From NCBI GenBank assembly GCA_034520965.1, contig JAXHMY010000008.1:32001-96000 (forward strand): a stretch of 64,000 nucleotides of DNA, given 5' to 3'. The DNA is from Spirochaetia bacterium. GTDB taxonomy: Bacteria > Spirochaetota > Spirochaetia > DSM-16054 > Sediminispirochaetaceae. The position numbers and the translations under genes were made by a program. How positions within the stretch are numbered: position 1 is the stretch's first letter; every line of letters begins with the position of its first letter. Below the pieces are notes generated by a model. That model was not told where the DNA came from, ran no database searches, and saw only the letters and a list, made by a program, of their open reading frames with translations. Positions 40,421-50,885 of this stretch are shown here, piece after piece.

Positions 40421-41314
40421 ATGCTTCATAAGATACTTCATATTTGCAAGCTTTTTGTGCCGGCAATATTTTTCATAACGATACTGCTTTCCTGCACCAG
40501 CGGTGCTTTCCAGGCCGGCTCCAAAACAGATGCAGCGGATTCTGTCGAGAGCAGTAATTCGAATCAAGTATCCGAAAATATAGAGTCAGAGCGGCCCCCG
40601 GTTATAGAAGTATCAGGGCTTATCGATTTTAACCAGTCCCCATATCGCAATCTGTTAAACACGGTTCCGGATAAAGGGAACCCGACTTTTTTTGCGGCAG
40701 TCCCTAGAATGGCCAATCGTGAAAATGAGTACAGAATGGGGCATATGCTGCTTGCCCGGCAAGCTGCAATGTATCGAGAGGCTGCGGTAAGCGCAAAGTT
40801 TCTCACCCAAAGCAATAATCGCGATATGGGATATCGCGAACAGGTGGATGTGGACATAGATAAAAGCTTGGTACGGTCAGTGGTAGATAAAATCAAGATT
40901 ACCAATCACTATCAGGATGCACACGGTTCGTATTTTTCTGGAGTTTTAAAGAATATTACAATTTCTGAATTCAATGTGCAGACTGAAGTTGTGGGAAATG
41001 TCCCGCAATGGTTTATCGACCCGCCTTCTTATGAGGGGTTTATCGTGGCGGTAGGTACATCCGGACGGCACATGTTCATTGCAGAATCTTTCCTCCAGTC
41101 GGATCGCCAAGCCTTGGCAGCTATTGCGAAGCAGCTTAATATCGAAGTGAAGCATAAAAGGGATGATTTAGAGAAAGAGTACCAGGGGAGTGCATATCAG
41201 CAGTTGAATCTGCAGATCACCGATACAACTGTGCACGGTTTTTATGTTATTGATAGATGGGTTTCAAAAGATGGAAACACCTACTATAGCTTGGCTGTAT
41301 GTCCCGTCAAATAA
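40421..41314 (+). CDS. lipoprotein with C-terminal LPP20-like domain
   Basis: Lipobox LLSC; PQWF..PP..GFIVAVG...QALAAIAKQ. Confidence 0.65.
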   Translation: MLHKILHICKLFVPAIFFITILLSCTSGAFQAGSKTDAADSVESSNSNQVSENIESERPPVIEVSGLIDFNQSPYRNLLNTVPDKGNPTFFAAVPRMANRENEYRMGHMLLARQAAMYREAAVSAKFLTQSNNRDMGYREQVDVDIDKSLVRSVVDKIKITNHYQDAHGSYFSGVLKNITISEFNVQTEVVGNVPQWFIDPPSYEGFIVAVGTSGRHMFIAESFLQSDRQALAAIAKQLNIEVKHKRDDLEKEYQGSAYQQLNLQITDTTVHGFYVIDRWVSKDGNTYYSLAVCPVK

Positions 41315-41330
41315 AGGGGAGAGGGAAACC

Positions 41331-42039
41331 ATGAAAAGATGTAAAGGTTTGTATACAAGTGCAGCAGCCCTCTTGTTGTTCCTGGTCGGTATCGGATTTA
41401 CAAGGGAGTTTGCTTGGAGAGAAGGGCAACCTCAGTGATCTTGTACTCAATGCAGTTCGGCAGCACGCCGACTCACTGCGTATTAGTTTAACCAGGGAGA
41501 CAGTTGAACTGCAGATAGGCGAGCCTTTGACAATTGAAGGAACCCTGCGCAGTAGTCTGACATCCCACTCGGGCCCCATTAAAATTGTGCTCAAAGACAA
41601 GGTGGGTCAAAAGCTTACCGAGACGACTACAGATTCCCGGGGGCAGTTTTTACTGCAGCTCCCGGAAGGTCTTTCGACGGCTGGGGACTCCACACTTATA
41701 ATTTTTCCTGAGGTAAATGCATTCGAGGAGCTTGAAAGTCAGGAGCTTGATTCTGCATATGAGGAACTTGCTGTAAAAGTAAACATGGTTCCTGCGGGAT
41801 TGCTTTGTAGAGGACTTTCCAAAGTACATCGAGGAGCCCCGGATATGGCACAGGCGTGGGCGGTGGTAAGTCTTGAGTATAACGGGCGCTCTATTTACAG
41901 TTACGAAAGCGATGCAGTAAAAGATGGGGGCATTAATCCGGCTCAAGCGCATAGTCGAGTCCTCTCAAAACTTCTTAAAAACTTGGAAAGTGAAGAAGTT
42001 CTGTTCAGCAACATCAAAAAAGCCCTGGAGGAAATATAA
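41331..42039 (+). CDS. hypothetical exported protein (frameshift near 41390-41400)
   Basis: SD plus ATG 41331 encodes a signal-peptide-like MKRCKGLYTSAAALLLFLVGIG; the body is in the 41359..42039 frame. Confidence 0.5.
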
Positions 42040-42041
42040 TT

Positions 42042-42746
42042 TTGAACGAATTACTATGGATTGTACTTTTATTTGTGAACTTCGGAGCAATTCTGTTGGC
42101 CTATCGAATTTGGGGACGACTGGGATTGTTTATTTGGATCCCTGTTGCAGTGATGGTGGCTAACGTTCAGGTGACCAAGACTATCGAACTTTTTGGTATT
42201 ACCGCCACTTTAGGAAATATTGTATATGCTTCAAGTTTTCTGGTAACCGATATTCTCAACGAAAATTACGGAAAGAAAGAGGCCGGCCGGGCGGTGGTGA
42301 TTGGGTTCTTTTCACTGATAATGTTTACGCTTTTAATGAACCTTGCACTGTTTTTTGTGCCTTCGGCAGAAGATTTTGCCCATGAGAGCCTTGTAACTGT
42401 TTTTGGTTTTCTCCCGCGTATAATGTTGGCCAGTCTCATTGCGTACGGAGTGTCCCAGGGTCATGACATCTGGGCCTTTAATCTGTGGAAGAAAAAATGG
42501 CCTGCCACAAAGTATCTCTGGCTGCGAAATAACCTTAGCACTATGGTGAGTCAGTTGTTGGATTCCCTTATTTTTACTTTAATCGCTTTTTACGGAGTTT
42601 TCTCAACTGGAGTACTTCTAGAGATTATGATAACCACCTACGTACTGAAATGGATTGTTGCAGCCTTGGATACGCCCTTTGTCTACCTTGGCAAGTACAT
42701 GTTTAAACGTTATGAGAATCTCTCCATCTCTAACGCGCTGTTTTAG
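42042..42746 (+). CDS. queuosine precursor transporter (YhhQ/VUT family)
   Basis: ANVQVTK, LVTDILNENYG, RIMLASLIAY..SQ..D, WLRNNLST..SQ..DS, DTPFVY. Confidence 0.9.
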   Translation: MNELLWIVLLFVNFGAILLAYRIWGRLGLFIWIPVAVMVANVQVTKTIELFGITATLGNIVYASSFLVTDILNENYGKKEAGRAVVIGFFSLIMFTLLMNLALFFVPSAEDFAHESLVTVFGFLPRIMLASLIAYGVSQGHDIWAFNLWKKKWPATKYLWLRNNLSTMVSQLLDSLIFTLIAFYGVFSTGVLLEIMITTYVLKWIVAALDTPFVYLGKYMFKRYENLSISNALF

Positions 42747-42750
42747 AGGT

Positions 42751-43545
42751 TCAAAGGGTAATATGTTTTTTTATGTTGGCTATGCTGCCTCTTGTGCCGC
42801 AAAGCATATGGTGCTCTGCGGTCTGACGATGGACCATAGTTGCATACTGCACAGAGTTTCCATTGACATACTCTAAAGTGTAGGAGCGGCTCTGAATTAT
42901 ACTGTGAGCAGCGGCAATGTCCCAGATGTAGGCGGGTGGAATCAAGGCCCCCAAGACCACCGGGTGTATAAGGGGGCTTATGATGTGGAGAATTGAGCTG
43001 CCTATACTTCTGATTTTACCTGGAAAAGGGGAAAAATCGTATTTTCGATGCACCTTTGAGCCGACCATCAACTGGGTACCGGGAACATTATTTGCAGCAT
43101 CAGAAGTGGTGGGCATACCATCGATTTTTAACTTGTTCCCCGGCAGCAGACGTAAGAACACCCCGTAATCCGGATCGCTGCCCCATCTGGGTGCAGAAAT
43201 AATACCGCCAATCGGTTCCAGTTCTGCATCTAATATTCCAACTGCTACACACCATCCGGGCATACCCTGACTGAATGTGTCGGTGCCGTCTATCGGATCT
43301 ATGGTAAAGGTAAAATCACGGCCTGAACGAAACTCGCTGGGGAACTCTTCACTTACAATATTTGCATCGGGAAATTCCTGTCGGATTACAGTGGTCAGCT
43401 GTTTCTCAATTGCTAAATCAACTTCTGTCAATACAGAACCGTCTTCCTTATAGCTGCGCACTACTTCCCGTTGTTGGGATCGAGCCATTTGCCCTGCTTT
43501 ATATACCTCGGTTACTATTTGTTCAAAATTATGCACGTTATCCAC
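42751..43545 (-). CDS. inositol monophosphatase family protein
   Basis: SEE, IDPIDGT, WDIAAA. Confidence 0.88.
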   Translation of the reverse strand: MDNVHNFEQIVTEVYKAGQMARSQQREVVRSYKEDGSVLTEVDLAIEKQLTTVIRQEFPDANIVSEEFPSEFRSGRDFTFTIDPIDGTDTFSQGMPGWCVAVGILDAELEPIGGIISAPRWGSDPDYGVFLRLLPGNKLKIDGMPTTSDAANNVPGTQLMVGSKVHRKYDFSPFPGKIRSIGSSILHIISPLIHPVVLGALIPPAYIWDIAAAHSIIQSRSYTLEYVNGNSVQYATMVHRQTAEHHMLCGTRGSIANIKKHITL

Positions 43546-43642
43546 CTCGTTTTTAGTATAGGAGAATTGTTGGCTAAAGACAATCGTTTCAGTAAATTCA
43601 GTAAATTCTAATGGCTCCAGTGGTCGTGCAATTGTCGTTTTG

Positions 43643-44551
43643 CTATTTGTCGTTGTCTTTATTTTGAGGGACTTTATTTTGAGGCTTAAATAAAAGTGAG
43701 AAGGTTGCTTCGGAGAACATAAGTGCTATGCCGGCCACCACCACCAGTACCCCGGCTAATTGAAGCCTTGTCAGAGAGAAACCGGGCAATGAGAGTTTGA
43801 GGAGCAGCAGCGGGTTGAGAATAAGGGTAATGTTGTGGAACGCAACCAGGGTAGAGGCTCGGGCGTGTTTGTAGAAACCGATTTGAGTAAAGGAAAAGGC
43901 GATTGCCCCAAAGAGAAAACTGGCGAGAAAAATGATCCAGCCTGCCGTGTTATGGGGAATCAACTGGATATGGGTACCAAAGCTCTGTCCAATTCCTTTT
44001 AAGATCGGGTCCATGGCAGCTGCACAGCCGGTGAGCGTCCCGAACAGCAGCCCTAAGGTTCGCTTCCAGCGCATTTTAACCGCCAGACCAAGCAGCAGAA
44101 AATTGAGCGGAAAATAGATAGCCAGGAAATACAACACCGTATTCAGCTCAACTGCGCTCATGGGGGGGACGTCATTAGTGCTGCGGCTGAGTCCAATCAA
44201 TATTGTTCCGGCTGCAATAATAAAGGCTCCGAGGTGCTGCAGTACAGTGTGTTTTTCATGCAGTATGTGTTCGGAGAATAGCATCAGCACTACCAGTCCA
44301 AAGCCGAACATGCTGGTATAATAGGAGGTTGGCGCATAGAGATTGGCTATCAGAACCCACAGAAAAGCAAGATTGTTGAGGATTATACCGCTAAAGTAAG
44401 CAATCTTCTTGCCTCGCTGATGGGCTATCGGATGGCTCCGGTCCTGTTCCGGGCGCAGGGCATCAATACCATATTTCTGTAGGCCCTTTGAGATATGTAT
44501 TTGTGTAGTGGCGATTATACCTATAAGCGAGGCAATTAGTGTCGGTTCCAT
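43643..44551 (-). CDS. multi-pass membrane protein (DMT superfamily-like)
   Basis: About 9 hydrophobic segments; start chosen at MEPTL. Confidence 0.6.
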   Translation of the reverse strand: MEPTLIASLIGIIATTQIHISKGLQKYGIDALRPEQDRSHPIAHQRGKKIAYFSGIILNNLAFLWVLIANLYAPTSYYTSMFGFGLVVLMLFSEHILHEKHTVLQHLGAFIIAAGTILIGLSRSTNDVPPMSAVELNTVLYFLAIYFPLNFLLLGLAVKMRWKRTLGLLFGTLTGCAAAMDPILKGIGQSFGTHIQLIPHNTAGWIIFLASFLFGAIAFSFTQIGFYKHARASTLVAFHNITLILNPLLLLKLSLPGFSLTRLQLAGVLVVVAGIALMFSEATFSLLFKPQNKVPQNKDNDK

Positions 44552-44678
44552 ATTTCTTCTTTTATTGTTCAGCACTATATCCCGTTAGAGGAGTGATGTA
44601 AATATCTTTATTTGTTATTCTTAACGCAGTTATTATTAACACAATGTTCAAGCGAAATTGAGCTAAAAAGGACACAAC

Positions 44679-45875
44679 ATGCGTACAAGCAAACTAGTAT
44701 TATTGACAGTTTTTTTAGTCGTACCTAGCCTTAGTGCGGCTTTCTCCAGTAATGTGGAACCCCAGATCATGTCAAAGGCAGCGGCAGTGTATGATTTTGA
44801 AACCGGCACCCTTCTGTATCAGAAAAATGGGGATATTCGAATTCCTCCCGCTTCGATGACCAAACTGATGACACTGCACCTCACCTATCGGGCGATTGAG
44901 GAAGGGCTGCTCAATTTGGATACACGCATCAAGGTCGAGGCGGGGGATGATTTTTCCAATATGCCCCGTAGATCCTCTCTTATGTTTATTGAGGAAGGGC
45001 AGGAGGTAAGCGTACTGCAGCTTATGCGAGGGCTCGCGGTTCCTTCCGGCAATGATGCAGCTCACATGCTGGCCCGTGTGGTTTCCGGCTCGGTAGAAGA
45101 ATTTGTGGAAGAGATGAACCGCGAAGCCGAAAAAATGGGATATGATAATATACACTTCGAAGATCCGGCAGGTTTAAGCGCGCAGAGTTATGTAACCGCT
45201 AAGGAGTTTGGACTGTTTTGTCTTGATTATATCCGTAGTCATCCGGACTCCCTTGAACTACTGCACAGCCAGGAAGAGTTTATTTATCCCACCGCCAAGA
45301 TATTACAGGAAGGTGCCCACTCGAGTTATGGACCGATTACTCAAGAAAATTATAATATTCTGATCGGTCGCCATCCATGGGTTGATGGGTTGAAAACTGG
45401 CTACATTGATGAGTCGGGCTATAATATTGCGCTGACCGCAACGGCGGGCGACCGTCGAGTGGTGACAGTAATTTTAGGCGGTCCGGGTGAAAATATACGC
45501 GAAGGAGCATTTACCCGTGCAATTGACGGGGTAAATCTGCTCTCCTACGGTTTCTATCATTTTACCCGGGTGGAACCAAAATTCCCAAGTCTGCAGGAAC
45601 TACGGGTATGGGGGGGCACCCGAAAAACCGTGCACCCTCAGCTGCATGCGCCCGAAGCCCTTGTGTTGCCACTGGATGTTGCTGCAACCCTAGAAGTGCG
45701 GCATGAACTTGACCTACCCTTATCTGCGCCGTTGATGGGCGGGGAAGAGATAGGCCGTACCTTAATTACAAGTGGCCAAAAGGACATTCGCAGCTACCCG
45801 ATTCTGATCAAAGAACCGGTGGAAGAGGGGACTTGGTGGCAGCAGCTGGCAGATTCACTACTGCAGCTGCGATGA
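44679..45875 (+). CDS. D-alanyl-D-alanine carboxypeptidase (PBP5/6 family)
   Basis: PASMTK (SxxK), SGND (SxN), GLKTG (KTG). Confidence 0.93.
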   Translation: MRTSKLVLLTVFLVVPSLSAAFSSNVEPQIMSKAAAVYDFETGTLLYQKNGDIRIPPASMTKLMTLHLTYRAIEEGLLNLDTRIKVEAGDDFSNMPRRSSLMFIEEGQEVSVLQLMRGLAVPSGNDAAHMLARVVSGSVEEFVEEMNREAEKMGYDNIHFEDPAGLSAQSYVTAKEFGLFCLDYIRSHPDSLELLHSQEEFIYPTAKILQEGAHSSYGPITQENYNILIGRHPWVDGLKTGYIDESGYNIALTATAGDRRVVTVILGGPGENIREGAFTRAIDGVNLLSYGFYHFTRVEPKFPSLQELRVWGGTRKTVHPQLHAPEALVLPLDVAATLEVRHELDLPLSAPLMGGEEIGRTLITSGQKDIRSYPILIKEPVEEGTWWQQLADSLLQLR

Positions 45876-45898
45876 GCTGCAGTAGTGCCGGCGAGCTC

Positions 45899-46258
45899 CT
45901 AGTAGGGAAATTTTTCATCCGGTCGTCGCTCTGGAATAGCTTCGGGGAATTTTCCCGAAGCGGCGAACTGATGCGAGAGGAACAAGCCGCAGTAGCACTG
46001 CCCATATTCTGCAATGTCGTCAGAAGAGTAGTCGCAGGGGCACATAATGTCCCGGTCATGCTCACGGTCACCATAGCTGTCACGACAGGGGCATTGAAAG
46101 AATCCGAATCGCTGGTAGTTCTGAAGTAGCCCTTGAGCTAAATCATCTAGAAAATGCTCATCCGGAACCACTGCCCAGTTGTACTGCCGGGCGGCCCGAT
46201 GTATAAAATCAAGGACATCCTCAAGGGTTTTGTCATTCTTCTGTTCATTATGCTTCAT
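45899..46258 (-). CDS. ferredoxin:thioredoxin reductase catalytic-subunit family protein
   Basis: CPCR...CPC...GQCYCGLF, IPERR. Confidence 0.9.
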   Translation of the reverse strand: MKHNEQKNDKTLEDVLDFIHRAARQYNWAVVPDEHFLDDLAQGLLQNYQRFGFFQCPCRDSYGDREHDRDIMCPCDYSSDDIAEYGQCYCGLFLSHQFAASGKFPEAIPERRPDEKFPY

Positions 46259-46270
46259 CTACATATATCC

Positions 46271-46576
46271 TCAGCTATCGATGCCTAGAGATCTGCTCCA
46301 CGCTTTTTCAATAAACCCAAGTTGATAATCGGCGTTATCTACGATCAGCGTAGGATACAGTCCTCTTTGTCCGAATTTTTCTTTAAATTCACTGGATAGC
46401 TGTTTTTTTTGCTCGGGAGACAGTGTGTCGACATAGATGTATCTATATTCGATATCCTTATTGTTCAGATACTCCATTCCACGCTTACAAAAAGCGCAGG
46501 TAGAGAGTGCCAATAAAATTACATCCTTGTCCTTCCAGGAGCCTTCGTGTTTTTCAAATGGTACCCAATCAAACAT
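46271..46576 (-). CDS. glutaredoxin-like protein
   Basis: LSTCAFC, YPTLIV; SD GGAGG before MFDW. Confidence 0.85.
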   Translation of the reverse strand: MFDWVPFEKHEGSWKDKDVILLALSTCAFCKRGMEYLNNKDIEYRYIYVDTLSPEQKKQLSSEFKEKFGQRGLYPTLIVDNADYQLGFIEKAWSRSLGIDS

Positions 46577-46696
46577 GTTGTGCTTCCTCCTTATGTTATT
46601 TATTAGTGTTTGGATAATGAAAGTCAAGCCGGTTAATCAAAAAATAGAAAAACATCACAGTTAGAATGCCCAAGATATCGTTGTCCAGGGATTCGC

Positions 46697-47710
46697 TTAC
46701 ATCCTGATGTGAGTCGGGTTGATCGAACTCAGATCAGGTGCACCGGTCATTATCATTACCTGTTCCAGTTCCGACTGTAGGGTTCGCAATGTAGTAGAAA
46801 CAGCTTCGGCGCCGCCGCCTATAGCTGCAATTGCAAGGGGACGGCCTATCATAACCGCAGTTGCACCAAGCGCAAGCATTTTGAATACATCCGCACCGGA
46901 GCGGATACCTCCGTCTACCAGAACCGGGATAGAGTTATCGACTGCTTTTACAATTCCGGGCAGAACTTCGGCTGTACCGGGAGTGTGATCGAGTACTCGT
47001 CCTCCGTGATTAGAAACAACAATTGCGGACGCCCCTGCATCAACCGCTATTTGGGCTTCGTCGGGGGTCATAATTCCCTTCAGGATAAACTGCATCTTTG
47101 ACCTGCTGATTAACTGTCTAATTTCTGTAGGCATTTTTGGATACACCGGTTGCCCAAGCTCTTTGAGCGTAATTAAACCGGCCGCATCAATATCCATTCC
47201 GCATATCTCTGCTCCGATACTGTTCAGTTGTGCAATTCGCTGTAAAAGTTGGGTATCCTCCCAGGGTTTAATAAATGGAATGCCCCCTGAGGGATAAGTT
47301 TTAAGAGTGTCAATAGCAGCTTCGAAAATCTCCGGAACTTCCCCATCTCCGGTCCCACCAAGAGTTCCGGCTTGGGCCGCACCGCCTACCATCGCCGCAA
47401 TGTACTCTTTCTCATGCAGATCTCTGGTCATATTGTAGTGGACCCCTCCCAACGGACTGATGAGGATCGGCATACTTAGTGAGCGGTTCAACAGCTTAAT
47501 TCTCGTTTCGGGGCTGTGAACCGAGTGGATAGTTCGCATATTTATTTTGACCCGGCTGAGAGCCTCGAGGTTCTCCATAAAAGCAGAACCCGTGCCGGTA
47601 CCGCCCATTCCAGGAACTTCTCCCTTGCAGGCACGGCCGTCGCACACCGGGCACACCCGGCAGAAACCCCGCATTCGCTCTCGAGCGGTGGTAAAAACCT
47701 GTTTATCCAT
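46697..47710 (-). CDS. FMN-dependent alpha-hydroxy acid oxidase/dehydrogenase with N-terminal Cys cluster
   Basis: CRVCPVCDGRAC, LKGI, VSNHGGRVLD, DGGIRSG.D. Confidence 0.9.
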   Translation of the reverse strand: MDKQVFTTARERMRGFCRVCPVCDGRACKGEVPGMGGTGTGSAFMENLEALSRVKINMRTIHSVHSPETRIKLLNRSLSMPILISPLGGVHYNMTRDLHEKEYIAAMVGGAAQAGTLGGTGDGEVPEIFEAAIDTLKTYPSGGIPFIKPWEDTQLLQRIAQLNSIGAEICGMDIDAAGLITLKELGQPVYPKMPTEIRQLISRSKMQFILKGIMTPDEAQIAVDAGASAIVVSNHGGRVLDHTPGTAEVLPGIVKAVDNSIPVLVDGGIRSGADVFKMLALGATAVMIGRPLAIAAIGGGAEAVSTTLRTLQSELEQVMIMTGAPDLSSINPTHIRM

Positions 47711-48677
47711 GAGCCTTGTTATACACCCGCCAAGTGGTCTCGATTATTTCTTCAGCACTGCTGTACTGGGCCTTCCAATTGAGCAGCTGTGATGCCAGCT
47801 TGGCCGAGGCCACCAGTTTAGCAGGATCCCCGGCGCGTCGTTCTACTATGTTCAGTGGTATTTTTAAACCTGTAATTCTACGGGCCGATTCGACAATTTC
47901 CAGAACGCTCAAACCTGTTTCGCTGCCAAGATTGACCACCATGCTTTTCCTGGATGCAAAGACCTGTTCCGCAGCCTTTACATGGGCCTCGGCTAAATCG
48001 GTTACATGGATGTAGTCGCGAACTCCGGTTCCGTCCTTTGTGTCATAATCATCGCCGAACACAAGCAGCTCTTCCCGCGCTCCTACTGCTACTTCCATAA
48101 CAACCGGAATAAGGTTGGCGGGGTTTTTTTCTATACCGTTGATGCGCCCCTGCGGATCGTAGCCGGCGGCATTGAAGTAACGCAGGGAGGCGTATTTGAG
48201 ACCACGCAGTTGATCGTACCAGCCCAGATTGCGCTCTATGTCAAGTTTAGTAAAGCCGTAATAATTGCTGGGGTTGGTTGGGTGCGTCTCATCTACCGGC
48301 AGATATTCCGGTTCGCCGTACACGGCGGCTGAGGAGGAAAGCACAAAGGTGTGTATATCGTGCTGGGCCGCAGCTATCATGAGGTTAAGCGATCCGCTGA
48401 TGTTGTTGATTGAGTATTTTTCAGGGCTTACCATTGATTCTCCGGCAGCCTTAAAAGCAGCCAGATGAATTACGGCATCCCAGCCCTCTGCACAAACTGC
48501 AGATAATCTCTGCTGATCTAATATATCCCCTTCAAAAAACTGCGCATCCGTATGTATATTTGTACGCAATCCGCTGGACAGATTGTCAAATACTCCAACT
48601 TGATGTCCCTTCTCTAAGAAGGCTATTGAAACGTGGCTGCCGATGTAACCGGCCCCTCCGACTAAAAGTACACGCAT
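47703..48677 (-). CDS. galE: UDP-glucose 4-epimerase
   Basis: GGAGYIGSH, SSSAAVYG, YGFTK, LRYFNAAG, GVRDYIHV. Confidence 0.95.
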   Translation of the reverse strand: MRVLLVGGAGYIGSHVSIAFLEKGHQVGVFDNLSSGLRTNIHTDAQFFEGDILDQQRLSAVCAEGWDAVIHLAAFKAAGESMVSPEKYSINNISGSLNLMIAAAQHDIHTFVLSSSAAVYGEPEYLPVDETHPTNPSNYYGFTKLDIERNLGWYDQLRGLKYASLRYFNAAGYDPQGRINGIEKNPANLIPVVMEVAVGAREELLVFGDDYDTKDGTGVRDYIHVTDLAEAHVKAAEQVFASRKSMVVNLGSETGLSVLEIVESARRITGLKIPLNIVERRAGDPAKLVASAKLASQLLNWKAQYSSAEEIIETTWRVYNKAHG

Positions 48678-48720
48678 AGGCATCTCCAGGCTATTATATA
48701 TAACCTTTATACCTGAAAAA

Positions 48721-48954
48721 TTAGCTGGATGCAATGGAGGCGTCGTAGCCCAAATTCTGTACTAATTTGACTAGTTTGTTCAGCTGTTCATCTTGGGATT
48801 CTTCATCATGGATGCTCATATCTACCCGAACCTCATGCAGACCTGCTTCTACCTTAATCTCTTCTATTCCGGAAAGTTTCCGACCGTAATGTTCGATAGA
48901 GTAGGCGCATGATGGGCAGGTTGCCCCTTGTAAATTCAGTTTTCTCTGTATCAT
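48721..48954 (-). CDS. heavy-metal-associated (CopZ-like) protein
   Basis: GATCPSC, LGY. Confidence 0.8.
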   Translation of the reverse strand: MIQRKLNLQGATCPSCAYSIEHYGRKLSGIEEIKVEAGLHEVRVDMSIHDEESQDEQLNKLVKLVQNLGYDASIASS

Positions 48955-49007
48955 GTTTTAAATATACTATTCATACTTAAATATGACAAATATACTAATG
49001 AAAATTC

Positions 49008-49049
49008 AGAAAAAGGCTGCCTAAGACAATTTTTCAGGCAGCCTTCTCT
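49008..49049 (-). terminator. probable terminator after PGM/PMM
   Basis: AAGGCTGCCT/AGGCAGCCTT stem with a T tract on the minus strand. Confidence 0.6.
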
Positions 49050-49076
49050 ATTTCAAATCTTCAAATCTCCAAACTT

Positions 49077-50421
49077 CTAATCTTCAAATTGTTTTAAGAC
49101 GCTTCGGATTTCATCCAATCGCTGCTCGAGCTGCTGCTGGTCCGGGGCTTCCACCACCAGACGTAGATAGGGCTCGGTATTTGAGGGACGTACATTGAAC
49201 CACCAGTCGGGGTATTCAATTCGATAGCCGTCAAAGTCAAGCAGTGCGGAGGGCTTTTTTTGTGCGCTAAAATGCTCCTTTAAGGCCTCCATAGCAGCCT
49301 TTTTTTCTTCAATTCGAAAGTTGATTTCGCCGGAGTTGGCATAGACCTTAATTTCGTCAATGAGTTGGCTTAGGCTGACTCCCTCTTTTTTTACTTCCAG
49401 TACTACCTGCAGTACCAGCAAGCTGGCGAGAATGCCCGAGTCACAATTATAAAAATCGCGGAAATAGTAGTGCCCGGCCAGTTCTCCACCAAAGACGGCA
49501 TTCAACTCGCGCATCTTCAGCTTGGCATAGGCGTGCCCTACTTTCCACGTATGGGGAGTTCCGCCTAACTTCTCAATATACTCCGAGACTGAGCGGGACG
49601 TACGTATGTCCTGCAGCACCGGACCCTTTTCCCGTTCAAGGTAGTAACGACCGAGTACGGCAATAATGAGGTCCGGAGAAATAAAGCTGCCCTTTTCATC
49701 TACAAACATAACCCGGTCGGCATCACCGTCATAGATAATTCCAATGATCGCTGCTGTTCTTCATAACCCCGTCTTTAAGGTCGCGTACATTCTCCTCTTC
49801 CAAGGGATTTGGCGCATGGTTGGGAAATGTACCGTCCAGGGTGTCGAACAGATAGTGCGGCTCTTCGCCCAGCAAGTCTTTTATCAATAAGGCAGCCATC
49901 CCGTTGGAACAGTCTATCGTCAGATTCAGGGAAGAAAGTTCCTCCGGCACGTACTGCTTCAAGAACTGAACATACGCATCTTTAACTGCAAAGGGTACGA
50001 TAGTGCCTCTTTTTTCTGCAGGCTCGACTATACCGTTGCTGATCAACTGTTCAAGGTCGGCAAGCCCTGAATAATAACCGACAGGGAGGGCACCGCTGCG
50101 GGACACCTTTAGTCCGTTGTACTCTTTGGGATTATGACTGGCCGTTATTTGTACCGATGCATCAAAGTTAAAATGAGCGGTCCCGAAATAGACCATGGGG
50201 GTAGTGGCAAGTCCCATATCGTAGATGTCGGCCCCGGCATCATTTACTCCGCGGCTGAGGGCCTCAAAGATCTCCTCGGTGCTGCTGCGTACATCCCGCC
50301 CTACCAAAACCTTGTTGGTATTCAGTAAACGGGGGAGAAAAAAACCGATTTTATATACGTCTTCGGCAGTAAAATCCTGGTTGTATATTCCGCGAATATC
50401 GTAAGCCTTAAATGCTTTCAT
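49077..50421 (-). CDS. phosphomannomutase/phosphoglucomutase (frameshift near 49745)
   Basis: FKAYDIRG, ITASHNP, DGDADR recovered across the shift, GGELAGH, VRPSNTEP. Confidence 0.92.
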
Positions 50422-50433
50422 ACTAACTCCTTA

Positions 50434-50884
50434 TTATCGGGGCAAAAAACTGTCTAAATTACCTGTGTCATACATTTCACAAAACCACGCACTCTTGTCA
50501 GCAAAATGAATTGCATACACTGTTCGATCAATCAATCGCTGAAGTTTGTGAGGAGATTTTACCTGCTCTATAGAGCGTTTACCCTGCAATACCCGCACTG
50601 CGTCACGTCGGGCTACCGGTTGAAGGGCTGTAACTGAGTCTAGAGCAGCATATAGTTTAGTCTTTTTGTAGGTGCTGCGTGAAGAACCTATCAAACGATT
50701 GATGGGTCGCTCAGAAGCAAAATCTTCAAAGATAAGATTGCTGCCTACAATATAGAGTAGTCCCCCCTTTGTCATAATTCTACCGTTGTGCTGCTGAAGT
50801 AAAAAGGCGTAGGTCTTCCATTCCAGGGATTCCCTCATTTTCGAGTTCTAAGCGTTTTAAGAAATCAGTAGTTTCACTGCTCAT
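50434..50884 (-). CDS. hypothetical protein (probable frameshift near 50830)
   Basis: ATG at 50884 directly after the OsmC stop reads MSSETTDFLKRLELENEG, then shifts into the 50434..50838 frame. Confidence 0.5.
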
Positions 50885-50885
50885 G

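Noticed and set aside
41960..42041. preQ1 riboswitch upstream of the queuosine precursor transporter
   Set aside because: The gene starts 2 bp after the upstream stop, and no preQ1 consensus was seen
42751..50421. IMPase, galE and PGM as sphingolipid head-group genes
   Set aside because: Common housekeeping enzymes more than 19 kb from the SPT-like gene, with no glycosyl- or phosphotransferase link
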